From positions 1 through 40,049 of the IMG/VR virus record IMGVR_UViG_3300038365_000080: 40,049 bases of DNA. One strand, 5' to 3'. Below, piece after piece: positions 9,331 to 18,786 of this stretch. The notes beneath the pieces were generated by a model. That model was not told the DNA's origin. It made no database searches and saw nothing but the letters and a program-made list of their open reading frames with translations. The stretch's first letter is position 1. Every line of letters begins with the position of its first letter. Origin of the DNA: a virus (Duplodnaviria; Caudoviricetes). Made by a program: the position numbers and the translations under genes.

Positions 9331-9442
9331 ACTGCTGGTGCTGGGTTAGCCCAAACTAAGCCAGTAAGGCTCAGGGCTACAATCACCAGTATGCCGGCAT
9401 CAACTAAATCAAGCTTTTTTGTTCTCCATTAAACTCACCTCC

Positions 9443-10039
9443 TTACTTCACTTCTACTGTTAAGGTCTTACTATCCCAGCCTATACTGGGTTGAAGAGCC
9501 TCAATGACTTCTCTCACAGAGACACCTTCTTCAAAATAAGTAGTTGCCCTTTGAAGATAGCCGGGAAATTCTTTGCCTCTAATTACAATTTTGCAGGGTG
9601 TTTTTTCTTGTCCCACACTATTACCCTCCTTAAAGTATTTTCGCACCATTTCCACATCAAATTTTTGGCCAGGACATGCCGTAGCATAATAGTCTCGGTG
9701 GCCTCCGATATATTTAATGGGCCAACGAGTAGCTATGTCTTTACATAATCCAGCTACAAATCTGTATAGTTCAGGAGTAGGTGTTTCTACCATAAAGTTA
9801 CCTACACAACAAATGTGGATAGCTCTGGTATTCATGCCTGGACATGCTGCAGCATCCTCTTTTTCAGGTCTACCTTTCTTGGCTACTAGCACATTTCCAA
9901 CCTTCTCAACAACCCAGTGATACCCAATATCTCTGTACCCTCTAGTTTTCATGTGGTAATTTCGGATACTATCAAAATCAGGTAAAGTTGGGTGGTCTAC
10001 CCCGGCAGAGTGATGTAGCACTATGTATTCTTTACTCAT
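9443..10039 (-). CDS. Endolysin: Amidase_2 N-acetylmuramoyl-L-alanine amidase with C-terminal copper-amine-oxidase-like cell-binding domain
   Basis: IVLHHS, IGYHW, GR, GGHRD..TACPG motifs; C-terminal VREVIEAL..IGWDSKT.TV. Confidence 0.9.
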   Translation of the reverse strand: MSKEYIVLHHSAGVDHPTLPDFDSIRNYHMKTRGYRDIGYHWVVEKVGNVLVAKKGRPEKEDAAACPGMNTRAIHICCVGNFMVETPTPELYRFVAGLCKDIATRWPIKYIGGHRDYYATACPGQKFDVEMVRKYFKEGNSVGQEKTPCKIVIRGKEFPGYLQRATTYFEEGVSVREVIEALQPSIGWDSKTLTVEVK

Positions 10040-10285
10040 CTAATTCGCCACCTTCTCAAATACCCAAAAGCCTACGTATACCATAAAGCCTATAATTCCA
10101 GTACCAATCAAAACTGAAAAAGTCTTAAGAACTCCCACAAGGCCATCCAATTTTGTGCATAGAACATCAATTCTTCCAGACAAGGTTATGTCCTCCTTTT
10201 CCAGAGAATTTATGCGTACATCATGGTTATCTAGGCGTTTTTCATGACCATCCACCCTCTTTTCAAGTTCTTCAATCTTTGGCAA
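10040..10285 (-). CDS. XhlA/hemolysin-like holin-type protein
   Basis: Coiled-coil N-terminus (RLDNHDVRINSLE) plus one C-terminal TM segment, directly upstream of the amidase. Confidence 0.75.
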   Translation of the reverse strand: MPKIEELEKRVDGHEKRLDNHDVRINSLEKEDITLSGRIDVLCTKLDGLVGVLKTFSVLIGTGIIGFMVYVGFWVFEKVAN

Positions 10286-10297
10286 CTTTCTACCCCC

Positions 10298-10387
10298 TTA
10301 CACTTTAAGTTCTTCTGGGTCAGCTGGTTCACCATCCCAATTATAGAAATTTGCTAGGAGTCTGACAGTATTACCTTGTTGGAACAC
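10298..10387 (-). pseudogene. Short or truncated phage gene (29 aa)
   Basis: GGAGGTGA RBS, GTG start, MFQQGNTVRLLANFYNWDGEPADPEELKV-stop; resembles the N-terminus of longer phage proteins. Confidence 0.45.
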
Positions 10388-10477
10388 CTTACTCACCTCC
10401 TTTTTCTTGAATTGTAATTACTCTCATAACTTCTCTAGCTGTGACTGCTATGTCGGCACAACAACAGTTGTAGCCCC

Positions 10478-10579
10478 CTACCTGCCCGTTGGGTAGCCGA
10501 AGCATTAGGGGCAGAAGTCGAATGGGATTCTGACACAAAACAAACAACTATTAAGATGCCAATAGAGCCGGGGAATTAA
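10478..10579 (+). pseudogene. Fragment of a copper-amine-oxidase N-terminal-like domain on the opposite strand
   Basis: Reads LPARWVAEALGAEVEWDSDTKQTTIK, the typical motif of this domain; no convincing RBS or start seen. Confidence 0.6.
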
Positions 10580-10588
10580 ACCCCGGCT
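10566..10588. terminator. GC-rich hairpin, probable terminator
   Basis: AGCCGGGG-AATTAAA-CCCCGGCT overlapping convergent stops. Confidence 0.55.
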
Positions 10589-10761
10589 TCTGGCTCTGAC
10601 ATCGGTTCCTCTGCTGGCAAGGCCTCAAGTAAAACAAAGAGCCTAGCCTGTTCATCCAGACTTCTGTTATTCTGGTTAATTAGTCCTTCTATATTACGGT
10701 TGTTGCTGGAAACCCTAATATCCTCAATTTCAATTCGTTTCATAATTTCCTCTTTGGTCAT
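10576..10761 (-). CDS. Small coiled-coil protein after the tail fibre (possible chaperone)
   Basis: GGAGGTGA RBS, ATG overlaps tail-protein stop (TAATG); 61 aa. Confidence 0.65.
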   Translation of the reverse strand: MTKEEIMKRIEIEDIRVSSNNRNIEGLINQNNRSLDEQARLFVLLEALPAEEPMSEPEAGV

Positions 10762-13700
10762 TAATCTATCACCTCCATAAGCCGTATTCCGGCGTAATTT
10801 TTGCGTGTAGCATAAAACCACCAGCCAAAACTTCTGTTACTCTCACTGCCATTGCTTTCTTTTACCTTAAAATAGTTCTCGCCCCATTCAATCACCCTAA
10901 TATCCTCGCCCTCACCATAAACCTCAGTCTTAAAAGTCCAGGGAGTCAAATCCGTATCAGGTTCTATGCACTCAAGGTGAATAGGGTCAATAAAAACAGT
11001 AGCCTTCCCGTCTTCCAAACGCCCCCTGCCTCTATCGAATAAAATTATTTCAGGAGACTCAACCGCATACTGCCTTACCCTCCCATAATTAATAGTTGGG
11101 ATAACAGCCGGCTTATTGCCATCGGCTTCTAAATCTCCAGTTGCATGTACGGTTCCCAGCACATTCAATCTTCCCGTCACTTCCGTGGTCCCAGTAATGT
11201 AAATCTTATTACCCACTATAACCACTTCGTTACCGTTGACTTGAGCCTTAGAGCCTGCGCCCCGACCGTACAGGCTGACGACATTGGGAGATTCCAAGAC
11301 TACCCGGTCGGGGGAATATGCCCTTATGCCATTGTTGCTCGTTACTTCATTGGTCTTTCCTATCGTAATTGAGCCACCTATCTCTGACCTTAAATCTATT
11401 CCTTTTTCATTTCGTAATAACAAATCTTTCGTGTCCAGCAGAGTCCTTACCCTTATTTCGCCGATTGGGGTTCCATTGTCATAAAAATAAATTTGTGGCT
11501 GATTTCCCTCTGAAGATATTTCCATTTGAGTGTTGCCGTGCTGGTTGTTAAAAATTATATTTCCCCAGCTATAACCCGGATACTCCGGCAAAAACTTGCG
11601 GTCAATTTTTATTATACCCCGGTTTTCGCCCTCTTCCCCAGTTTGAATAAGGGAGCTGTAAAATTCCCCGCCTATGATCTTAATCCCATACTTCCTGACC
11701 ATATCCTGCATCCAGCTGCCTATCAGCACCCTGAGAGCGTTGGAAGAGTCATAAACCTTATACCCGTCTGTCTCGGCCCTCAGGTACCCAGGCAGCTGCT
11801 TCATGTCCTCTGATGTGTAGAAGGGGGTACCCGCCTTATGCCAACCCGTTCTGGTGTTTACCTCCCTGTAAACCTTGTCTATCCGCAGTTCGTCCACAAG
11901 GGTGTTGATGCTGTTTGCTCCATTGCGATCAGTACCGATGTAAACGTAACTACCAAACGCTGTCGGTAAACCAGGATTCTCGATGTAACAGGCTTCGGAG
12001 TCGTTGACTACCAGCGACAAGCGGTCGGACTTCCAAGCCAGTGATACAGAGTCCCATGCGGTTAAAGTAGACTTATTGGGGCCGTAGACGGTAGTAACGT
12101 TGTCAGTTATACAGACTTCACCCTCATGCCCTGCCACATTACTAATACCGCAGGATATTGCTGGGTCGCCAACCGTTGTTCCGCTTGTGTCTACATATGG
12201 ATACTTAACCATCAGTTCATCAAACGTTAAATTGTTGTATTCATCAGCAGTAATTTCAATAACCATAATTCCGTCAAGACGAGCCGTACCGCCATCAGCA
12301 GCATTGTATAGGAGTCTGAATTCTATCTGAGACGCATCTGTCACAGAAACTTTATCCCCAAATCTGTGCCAACTCGCATTATTTGAACCGTAAATATTTT
12401 GTGGGGTCATGCCTGTGTAAGATATTCGAGGCGTTCCGGCTCCGGAAACGACTTTACCATATGCGCTTATAAAATAGTGTTGTCCGTTTGTAAGACGATT
12501 GGTAAAATTCTGATAGCATTCCCAAGCATAGCCGTACTCAACGCAGGTACTTCCAATTGCCCCATCATTAGTAATCAAAGTTCCTGTATTATTCCAATTG
12601 GTTAACGATGTGATACTACCGTCAATCACCTTGTTAGTGTAATTTATGCTTGCCGTTGGTAAATCCACCAGTACACTACCATTCGCCGATGTAGACAAGT
12701 TTTTTACCCGCAAGGAAATAACCCCTTGACTTATGGCCGTATCAGTAGTTGGCATTTTAAGAACGCCCAAACGAGAAGTACCTCCCAATATCCATGACGT
12801 AGCGTAGGCTTTTGCTTCTAACTGCAAGCCATCTGCCCAAAAAGTCACCGCCCCAGTGTGTTGCCTGCAATAGCAATATAGAGTACCTGTACTATTTGCC
12901 GTTGCTGTAACAGACACTCTAGTCCATGTTTTTGCGGGGATGTTAATGTTGGCAGTAGTAGAGGGGCATGCTGTATCCATTGTAAGGCTAATGAAGCAAG
13001 CCACTTCACTATATGTATAAACTGAAAAAGTATAAGTAATGCCAGAAGTAACGCTACTTGTGAGATAAAACCCTGCATCGGTTGCCGAACATACCGTTTT
13101 TATACTTGCTAGTCCTTGTTTTTTAGTAGAGGTATCTCTTGCTATAGTAGACCTAACACTGTATGCATTAAGTCCTGTCAAATCAGTTTCCACACTACTT
13201 TGATTCGCAGTTAAAAGATTGGTTGTGGCCTCTTCGACCTTCACCGCCTGCCCAAAACACCCTGCGTCAAATAGAGCATCCCCGATTGCAGCCACGCCCT
13301 TGTGAGAGTTCAGGCTTCCATCAAAATGCCAGAGACCTACACAGTCGGAGTCTACACCCATGGAAGCCCCGCCCTCTATCAGACTGGGGTCGTAGCCGGG
13401 GGCGAAGGCGGACTCGGGCCCGATTTGCACCACACCAGCGTCTAACTGCCCTGTCTTGATAAAATTTGCGTTAATCGCCCCATCCATCGTCATTGCGACC
13501 TCATACGTCCGATCCGGATTATCGGCTCCGGTAACGTTATCTGAGTACCCTAGCCCGCCCATGTTCCAGCGCCATATCTTTGTAGCTAGCTCGGGGTCTG
13601 GGTTATCCATAATTAGTATTTCATTGGTTTCATCTGGGTTCTGCCTGATAAGTACATGCCCTCCAATGGCGTCCTTGATTAGCTGGGCTGACTGGTTTGC

Positions 13701-14831
13701 TGACAGAGCCAAGTCTTGAGCTGCTCTGGCTATTGCTATTACAGATGAGGCTGCCTTTATCTGTTGGTTTTCTACCCCTCGGACTAGGCCATGTTTTCCA
13801 GCCCCCTTTAAGCTGTGAGAACCTCTATACTTCCAAGTAGAATGGGTAATAAGGGATATTACATCACCCCCACCCAACACTCCAGTACCAGCTAAGGTTA
13901 CAAAGTCTCCCGGTTGTAAGGAAGGGTCACCAGCTATTTCTGAATTAAAAGGTACATATACCACAGTAGTTATTTGAGCCAGGAAATAGTCCAGCATCTG
14001 ATTAATCTGAGCCTCAGATAACCCAGTAAGGAGCGGATTTTCTTCCAGCACCATGGTCATACCTTCAAACCCTCTGGAATACTCTATCTCCCCTACTTGC
14101 ATACTAACTTTAGTTATCTTCATGGCGAAGTCAGAAACTTTGGAATTAAAGCGTTCAGCCTTGTTTATGGTTTTTACACTAGCCCTAGCCTTAATTGGAA
14201 TAATTTCAAGCTCGCCCTCCCGATTCATGAGGGCAAAAGCCCCCATAATCTGGCAAGACCACATAAGCAAGTCTCTACAAGTTTTAATCTTAGATACATC
14301 TGGAGCAGCCAGCAATATTCCAGCATTAGCAAAGGTATCAAGCTCAAATAAGCTAGTACCCATAGTTATCCCAGTTTTAGCACAAACATAGGCTACAAAG
14401 TTTCTTGGGCTACTTGACCCTGGGTCTCCTACAGGAATATCCAATAGTATCATGCTATCCAGAGACGTAATATGGACACTAGAGGCTTGACGCTGTATGT
14501 CAGTTACATAGAAATAACCTAAAGACACATACTCCCAAAGGTTCTCGCCTATCAACAACCCGAATTTCAGAGCTACCCTAGCCCCATCCAAGCTATATGG
14601 GTTATCCAAAGGAGTACTTAAAGTTAGTCCCATTTCTGAAACGTAAACATTACCAACTTCTATGTCTTCTCCAGATACACATTGTTCTGTAATATACAGA
14701 CTTCCTTGTACTATGTCTTTGTCAGTAATGTCTATTACAGTATTGTCCACAAGCGTGATAGTACCAGTTATTTTCACGTCCCGTATATTTTGTTGTATAG
14801 CCGTTTTATAGACTGAGCTTACTGGGTACAT
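10761..14831 (-). CDS. Tail tip / host-specificity protein (hub domain, LamG-like and carbohydrate-binding modules)
   Basis: 1356 aa after Dit; WRWNMGGLGYS..AMTMDGAINANFI tail motif; LWHFDG...IG....DELRI LamG-like; NLL...DGLQLE..ATSW CBM-like. Confidence 0.85.
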   Translation of the reverse strand: MYPVSSVYKTAIQQNIRDVKITGTITLVDNTVIDITDKDIVQGSLYITEQCVSGEDIEVGNVYVSEMGLTLSTPLDNPYSLDGARVALKFGLLIGENLWEYVSLGYFYVTDIQRQASSVHITSLDSMILLDIPVGDPGSSSPRNFVAYVCAKTGITMGTSLFELDTFANAGILLAAPDVSKIKTCRDLLMWSCQIMGAFALMNREGELEIIPIKARASVKTINKAERFNSKVSDFAMKITKVSMQVGEIEYSRGFEGMTMVLEENPLLTGLSEAQINQMLDYFLAQITTVVYVPFNSEIAGDPSLQPGDFVTLAGTGVLGGGDVISLITHSTWKYRGSHSLKGAGKHGLVRGVENQQIKAASSVIAIARAAQDLALSANQSAQLIKDAIGGHVLIRQNPDETNEILIMDNPDPELATKIWRWNMGGLGYSDNVTGADNPDRTYEVAMTMDGAINANFIKTGQLDAGVVQIGPESAFAPGYDPSLIEGGASMGVDSDCVGLWHFDGSLNSHKGVAAIGDALFDAGCFGQAVKVEEATTNLLTANQSSVETDLTGLNAYSVRSTIARDTSTKKQGLASIKTVCSATDAGFYLTSSVTSGITYTFSVYTYSEVACFISLTMDTACPSTTANINIPAKTWTRVSVTATANSTGTLYCYCRQHTGAVTFWADGLQLEAKAYATSWILGGTSRLGVLKMPTTDTAISQGVISLRVKNLSTSANGSVLVDLPTASINYTNKVIDGSITSLTNWNNTGTLITNDGAIGSTCVEYGYAWECYQNFTNRLTNGQHYFISAYGKVVSGAGTPRISYTGMTPQNIYGSNNASWHRFGDKVSVTDASQIEFRLLYNAADGGTARLDGIMVIEITADEYNNLTFDELMVKYPYVDTSGTTVGDPAISCGISNVAGHEGEVCITDNVTTVYGPNKSTLTAWDSVSLAWKSDRLSLVVNDSEACYIENPGLPTAFGSYVYIGTDRNGANSINTLVDELRIDKVYREVNTRTGWHKAGTPFYTSEDMKQLPGYLRAETDGYKVYDSSNALRVLIGSWMQDMVRKYGIKIIGGEFYSSLIQTGEEGENRGIIKIDRKFLPEYPGYSWGNIIFNNQHGNTQMEISSEGNQPQIYFYDNGTPIGEIRVRTLLDTKDLLLRNEKGIDLRSEIGGSITIGKTNEVTSNNGIRAYSPDRVVLESPNVVSLYGRGAGSKAQVNGNEVVIVGNKIYITGTTEVTGRLNVLGTVHATGDLEADGNKPAVIPTINYGRVRQYAVESPEIILFDRGRGRLEDGKATVFIDPIHLECIEPDTDLTPWTFKTEVYGEGEDIRVIEWGENYFKVKESNGSESNRSFGWWFYATRKNYAGIRLMEVID

Positions 14832-14842
14832 CGTCTTACCTC

Positions 14843-15190
14843 CTAGTACTCAATTAAAGACACTGAAAGCTCCCAGAGGTCATTGTTACCGTCATAGTAT
14901 TTCAGGTTTCCAGTCCTATCCCCAGAATACATGGACTTGGTTGGATTAGTGGATGTAGTAGGGTCAAAAAAGGTTACGCTAAATTGGTCTGGAGCTAAGG
15001 CAGCAGTAATCAAGGATAGTTGGGCTTTTGTAACCAGCCAGGTAGCTTGAATCTTGTAAACTCCAGCCCTTACCCGGTCACGGTTTAATAGCCCTGTCTC
15101 GGTACGTTTGGTGTTTTCACTGTCTATATCCTGTAATGTGACCGAATACTCTATAGGGTTGGGTAAATGCGTGCTTCCAACTGTAATCAT
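14843..15190 (-). CDS. Distal tail (Dit)-like protein
   Basis: Position after TMP; P..Y.V...DIDS....RTE.G...RDRVR motif; GGAGG RBS before ATG 15190. Confidence 0.75.
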   Translation of the reverse strand: MITVGSTHLPNPIEYSVTLQDIDSENTKRTETGLLNRDRVRAGVYKIQATWLVTKAQLSLITAALAPDQFSVTFFDPTTSTNPTKSMYSGDRTGNLKYYDGNNDLWELSVSLIEY

Positions 15191-15194
15191 AGCC

Positions 15195-18098
15195 CTACCT
15201 CCCATTACTCCTTATGTTACGCTTATCTTGGCTCCGGTAGATGTAAGCATCAATTTGCTCATTGCCTATATAAACGTACACATCCCCAGAGCTATTTTCT
15301 GCTGATTTAGTTGAGCTAAACGGTGAAGGCCCAGGTAGAGCTAGGTCTGTCGAAGATAAACCAGCTAATTGCCCAGCAATTACCCCAACAGCCCCTTGGA
15401 CCATACCGGAATTTTGTAGTATGCCCTGAGCGTACATGCTTATAAGGTTAGGAGCCCACTTATCTGCTGTTTTACCTGGGCCTTGCTCAGTAGGTGATGA
15501 GAATCCAATATAGCTCTTTATAGTTCTGGCTACCTTGGATGCGGCATTCTTAACATCTGATATTTTGGAAGTAATGCCGCTAACTATGTTGGATACCATG
15601 TTTTTACCCCAATTCTTAGCATCGCTTATGATACTGGTTATAGCTATCTTAGATGATTGGAAAGGATCCAGCATTGCGCTCTGTATAGAGCTTGCTAAGG
15701 TAGCAACAGTGGTTTTTATGGAGGTCCAAGCATTACTTATAGTAGTTTTAATAGAGTTAAAAGTATTGGAAACGCTTTGCTTTAAGTTATTCCAAGTAGT
15801 AGTGAAGAAAGCTATAATAGCATTCCAGATATTTACAGCGGTAGTTTTAATCCCGTCCCAGACATTTTGTAAAAAGGTTACAATACCGTTCCAAGTGTAC
15901 TCGGTTGTTTGCTTAATCCCATCCCAAGTAGTTTGGAAAAAGTCCTTAATAGACTTCCATATGTCCTCGGCTTTCTTCTTTATACCTTCCCAGGTATCCG
16001 CAAGCCATCTGGAAACCTCTTCCCAAGTCTTTATAGTCCACTTTTTGATGTCATCCCAGTAATAGATTATCAATGTAGCTAATGCAATAACTGCCGCAAT
16101 TATCCAACCTATCGGGCCAAGAGCTATAAACCAGGCAGCAGCCATTTTAGCTGCGTGTGCAAGGAATTGTACCCCCGCCCAGGCCCACTTGGCTACCATT
16201 AAGGCTATTTGTCCTATAACAATAGCCCCTTGAGCGATAGCAGCTGCTGCTTGAGCTACAAAGGAAGCAACCACCTTAGCTCCATTTATGATAGCCGCAA
16301 TTCCTAGCTTGGCAAAGGCTGTTACAAGAACAACCCCTATAATTGTGGCTAGTACCTGGAACCAAGGGTCAGCCTCAGCCCATTTAGCCTTAATCATATC
16401 CCAAGACTCAGAGGCTATAGCCTTTACCTTATCCCAAGCCTCAACAGCCCCCTGCTTTAAGTAATCCCAAAATCCAGCTAGGGTAGGTTTGGCTTGGTCC
16501 AAATCTCCAGTTAAACCCATACCTGCGTCTAGACTTGGTAAGTCCATGGCCCCCATAGATATGTCTCCGATACTTAGAGCGTCAGCCAAGTCTGACCCAG
16601 CCCCTGCGGCATCCTTTTGTAATTGATTAATCTCATCAAAAGGTTGTAAGTTCTTGGCTGCAGCCTTACCAGCCTTTTTCATGGCGTCAGCTTGATCCTC
16701 CAAAGCCCCTGAAGAATCTTCTGTGCTACTAGAGATACCCTCTTGAGCTTTACGAAAGTCACCAAAACCAAGAGACTTTGCTTCTTGTAAAGATTTGGTA
16801 TAATTACCCCACATATGGATGCCAATTCCTGCAGCAGCTGATATACCCAGTATTAACCAACCTATGGGGCCAAGAGCTGACCACAAGGAGAATAGAGCTA
16901 CCCTCAACCTAGCAACAACCCCTGTAAGAACCATGCCTTGCTGGGCTGCTAATGCCATCTGAACCCTGTAAATACCCATAGCAGTACCGACAACATTTAG
17001 GATAGGTATCTTAGCCAATAGCTGGCCTTTTTCCGCAGCTGTCGCAGCTACCAGAGCCCACTGAGCTACCGCCAAGGCTTTGGTAAGAGTATAGTAGGTA
17101 GCCATAACGGTTACCACAAACTTCAGCTGTGTGCCGTACTGTTGAATAAACCCAGTAGCAGTCCTTACTATAGCAGCAAAGCCCCTCATAACAGCCGTCA
17201 AAATACTTACTAGGGCAGCTATTTCTGGTCCAAATGATTGTTGGATAGCTTGTTGTAGCCCCTGTTTACGGAACACGGCATAAAAGTCAGTAGCGAAGTC
17301 TCTGACCCCTTGTAACCAGGATAATAACCCTTTGAATAGATTCTCTCCAATAGCCCCTATAGTCATGTTCCACACGTCTTTGATAGTAGAAGTAACGCCC
17401 TCCCAGGTATTCTCCATATTCTTCATCATGTCTGGGAATTTCTTGTTCATCCCTTCTATAATCATGTCTATAGCTTTATCAGCTGGTATTAAGCCCTTTT
17501 GTTGCATGTCCATAATCTCAGCTGTGGTCTTACCCATAGCATTTGCTAACATTTCCCAGGCAGGTATCCCAGCCTCAGTAAGTTGCCTCATTTCTTCCCC
17601 AGACAGTTTGCCTTTAGCCCGCATTTGTCCCAGAGCCAATATTATCCTGTTTATACCATCGGCTCCCATACCTAGACCAGCTGTAGCATTACCCACAGCC
17701 TCCATGATAGGCAGTACTCTCCCCGCTTCAAAACCATAAGCCAACATCCTCTTGGAAGCGTCAAGTAATTCTGGGAATTCAAAAGGCGTTTTTGCAGCAA
17801 AATCAGCTAAGTCCTCCAAGAATACAGCTGCTCTGTCAGCACTTCCCAGCATAGTAGTGAAGCCTATCTGAGCTTGTTGCATTTGGGCGTTATAACTAAT
17901 AACAGTTCCGGTTAATTTTCCAAGACCTCTCCTAACAGCTTCAAATACACCTATACCCAAAGCTACAGAGAAAGCCCCCTTAAATACAGTTCCTAGGGTA
18001 GTGGCTTGTCTATTAGTAACTCCTTCAAGTCTACCCAATTCCTTTTCATAATTGGTGCTATCTAGCCCCATGCGTGCAAATACTTCTCCAACTAGCAT
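15195..18098 (-). CDS. Tape measure protein
   Basis: 967 aa; FAAKTPFE, LGQM.AKGK..GEEM.QL.EAGIP tape-measure domain; Trp-periodic repeats. Confidence 0.95.
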   Translation of the reverse strand: MLVGEVFARMGLDSTNYEKELGRLEGVTNRQATTLGTVFKGAFSVALGIGVFEAVRRGLGKLTGTVISYNAQMQQAQIGFTTMLGSADRAAVFLEDLADFAAKTPFEFPELLDASKRMLAYGFEAGRVLPIMEAVGNATAGLGMGADGINRIILALGQMRAKGKLSGEEMRQLTEAGIPAWEMLANAMGKTTAEIMDMQQKGLIPADKAIDMIIEGMNKKFPDMMKNMENTWEGVTSTIKDVWNMTIGAIGENLFKGLLSWLQGVRDFATDFYAVFRKQGLQQAIQQSFGPEIAALVSILTAVMRGFAAIVRTATGFIQQYGTQLKFVVTVMATYYTLTKALAVAQWALVAATAAEKGQLLAKIPILNVVGTAMGIYRVQMALAAQQGMVLTGVVARLRVALFSLWSALGPIGWLILGISAAAGIGIHMWGNYTKSLQEAKSLGFGDFRKAQEGISSSTEDSSGALEDQADAMKKAGKAAAKNLQPFDEINQLQKDAAGAGSDLADALSIGDISMGAMDLPSLDAGMGLTGDLDQAKPTLAGFWDYLKQGAVEAWDKVKAIASESWDMIKAKWAEADPWFQVLATIIGVVLVTAFAKLGIAAIINGAKVVASFVAQAAAAIAQGAIVIGQIALMVAKWAWAGVQFLAHAAKMAAAWFIALGPIGWIIAAVIALATLIIYYWDDIKKWTIKTWEEVSRWLADTWEGIKKKAEDIWKSIKDFFQTTWDGIKQTTEYTWNGIVTFLQNVWDGIKTTAVNIWNAIIAFFTTTWNNLKQSVSNTFNSIKTTISNAWTSIKTTVATLASSIQSAMLDPFQSSKIAITSIISDAKNWGKNMVSNIVSGITSKISDVKNAASKVARTIKSYIGFSSPTEQGPGKTADKWAPNLISMYAQGILQNSGMVQGAVGVIAGQLAGLSSTDLALPGPSPFSSTKSAENSSGDVYVYIGNEQIDAYIYRSQDKRNIRSNGR

Positions 18099-18104
18099 AC
18101 TTTA

Positions 18105-18518
18105 TCACCCCCAAGGCCCAGTTAGACCCTTAGATTTAGCATCCTGTATGTGGCGTTCCCAGACTTTTGGTTTCTTTATCAGTTTCTGGAAAGCATTCTT
18201 GGCTTCTTTACCCATGAAATCTTCAGGGCTAACTGTTTTTGGTTTGCGTTTACTAAACATACCCGCAATTCCAGAGAAACCATTAGTCATTACCGCTGCT
18301 AGAAAAGCCCAGTGATTTTGCTGTTCGTTATAGGTTTCTATACTTAGCTGGCGTTGTAATTCCGTAAGTACAGAAGCAAGCTCACTGGGCTTCAGCAGCT
18401 TGATTTCGTCAATAGTCCATCCGAATTGACGGCCAAGTAGTACAACTATTTCTGCGCTAACCCAGCCTGAATCAAACCCATCAGCGGGGTTACTGTCCGC
18501 TTCAGACCAGTAAAATTT
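18105..18518 (-). CDS. Tail assembly chaperone GT extension (-1 frameshift frame)
   Basis: Frame open from the slippery site through ..VSAEIVVLLGRQFGWTIDEI.. into the 18105-18290 ORF. Confidence 0.75.
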   Translation of the reverse strand, partial: KFYWSEADSNPADGFDSGWVSAEIVVLLGRQFGWTIDEIKLLKPSELASVLTELQRQLSIETYNEQQNHWAFLAAVMTNGFSGIAGMFSKRKPKTVSPEDFMGKEAKNAFQKLIKKPKVWERHIQDAKSKGLTGPWG

Positions 18519-18784
18519 ACGTTTACAAAAGCCTCAACTAAGTTCTCAATCTCGCTCATGTAAGAATTTTTTACATCGTCTTCAGTAATGTCTGGGAATA
18601 TCACAGGCAACTTGTTATAGAGCAAATCAAATCCAGCTTGCTCCAGGAGTTTGCTCAAGTCAATATTGCGTATATTACCGGCACTCTCTGGGAAAAGTTC
18701 AGCCACTATCTTCTCCAATTCTCCAATACGCTTTTCTTCAACTCTGATATCTTTGCCAGCAAAGCTGACTACTGCATTACGCAA
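18446..18784 (-). CDS. Tail assembly chaperone (gpG-like)
   Basis: Between tail tube genes and TMP; ends near slippery site. Confidence 0.8.
   Translation of the reverse strand: MRNAVVSFAGKDIRVEEKRIGELEKIVAELFPESAGNIRNIDLSKLLEQAGFDLLYNKLPVIFPDITEDDVKNSYMSEIENLVEAFVNVNFTGLKRTVTPLMGLIQAGLAQK
18512..18518 (-). other. Programmed -1 frameshift slippery heptamer A AAT TTT
   Basis: X XXY YYZ pattern in phase near the end of the chaperone gene; -1 frame is the open downstream frame. Confidence 0.65.
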
Positions 18785-18786
18785 GT

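Noticed and set aside
10761-14831. Diversity-generating retroelement target
   Set aside because: No reverse transcriptase and no template/variable repeat pair seen
15535-17739. Long + strand ORFs within the tape measure gene, and similar antisense ORFs elsewhere
   Set aside because: Shadow frames of well-supported genes on the opposite strand
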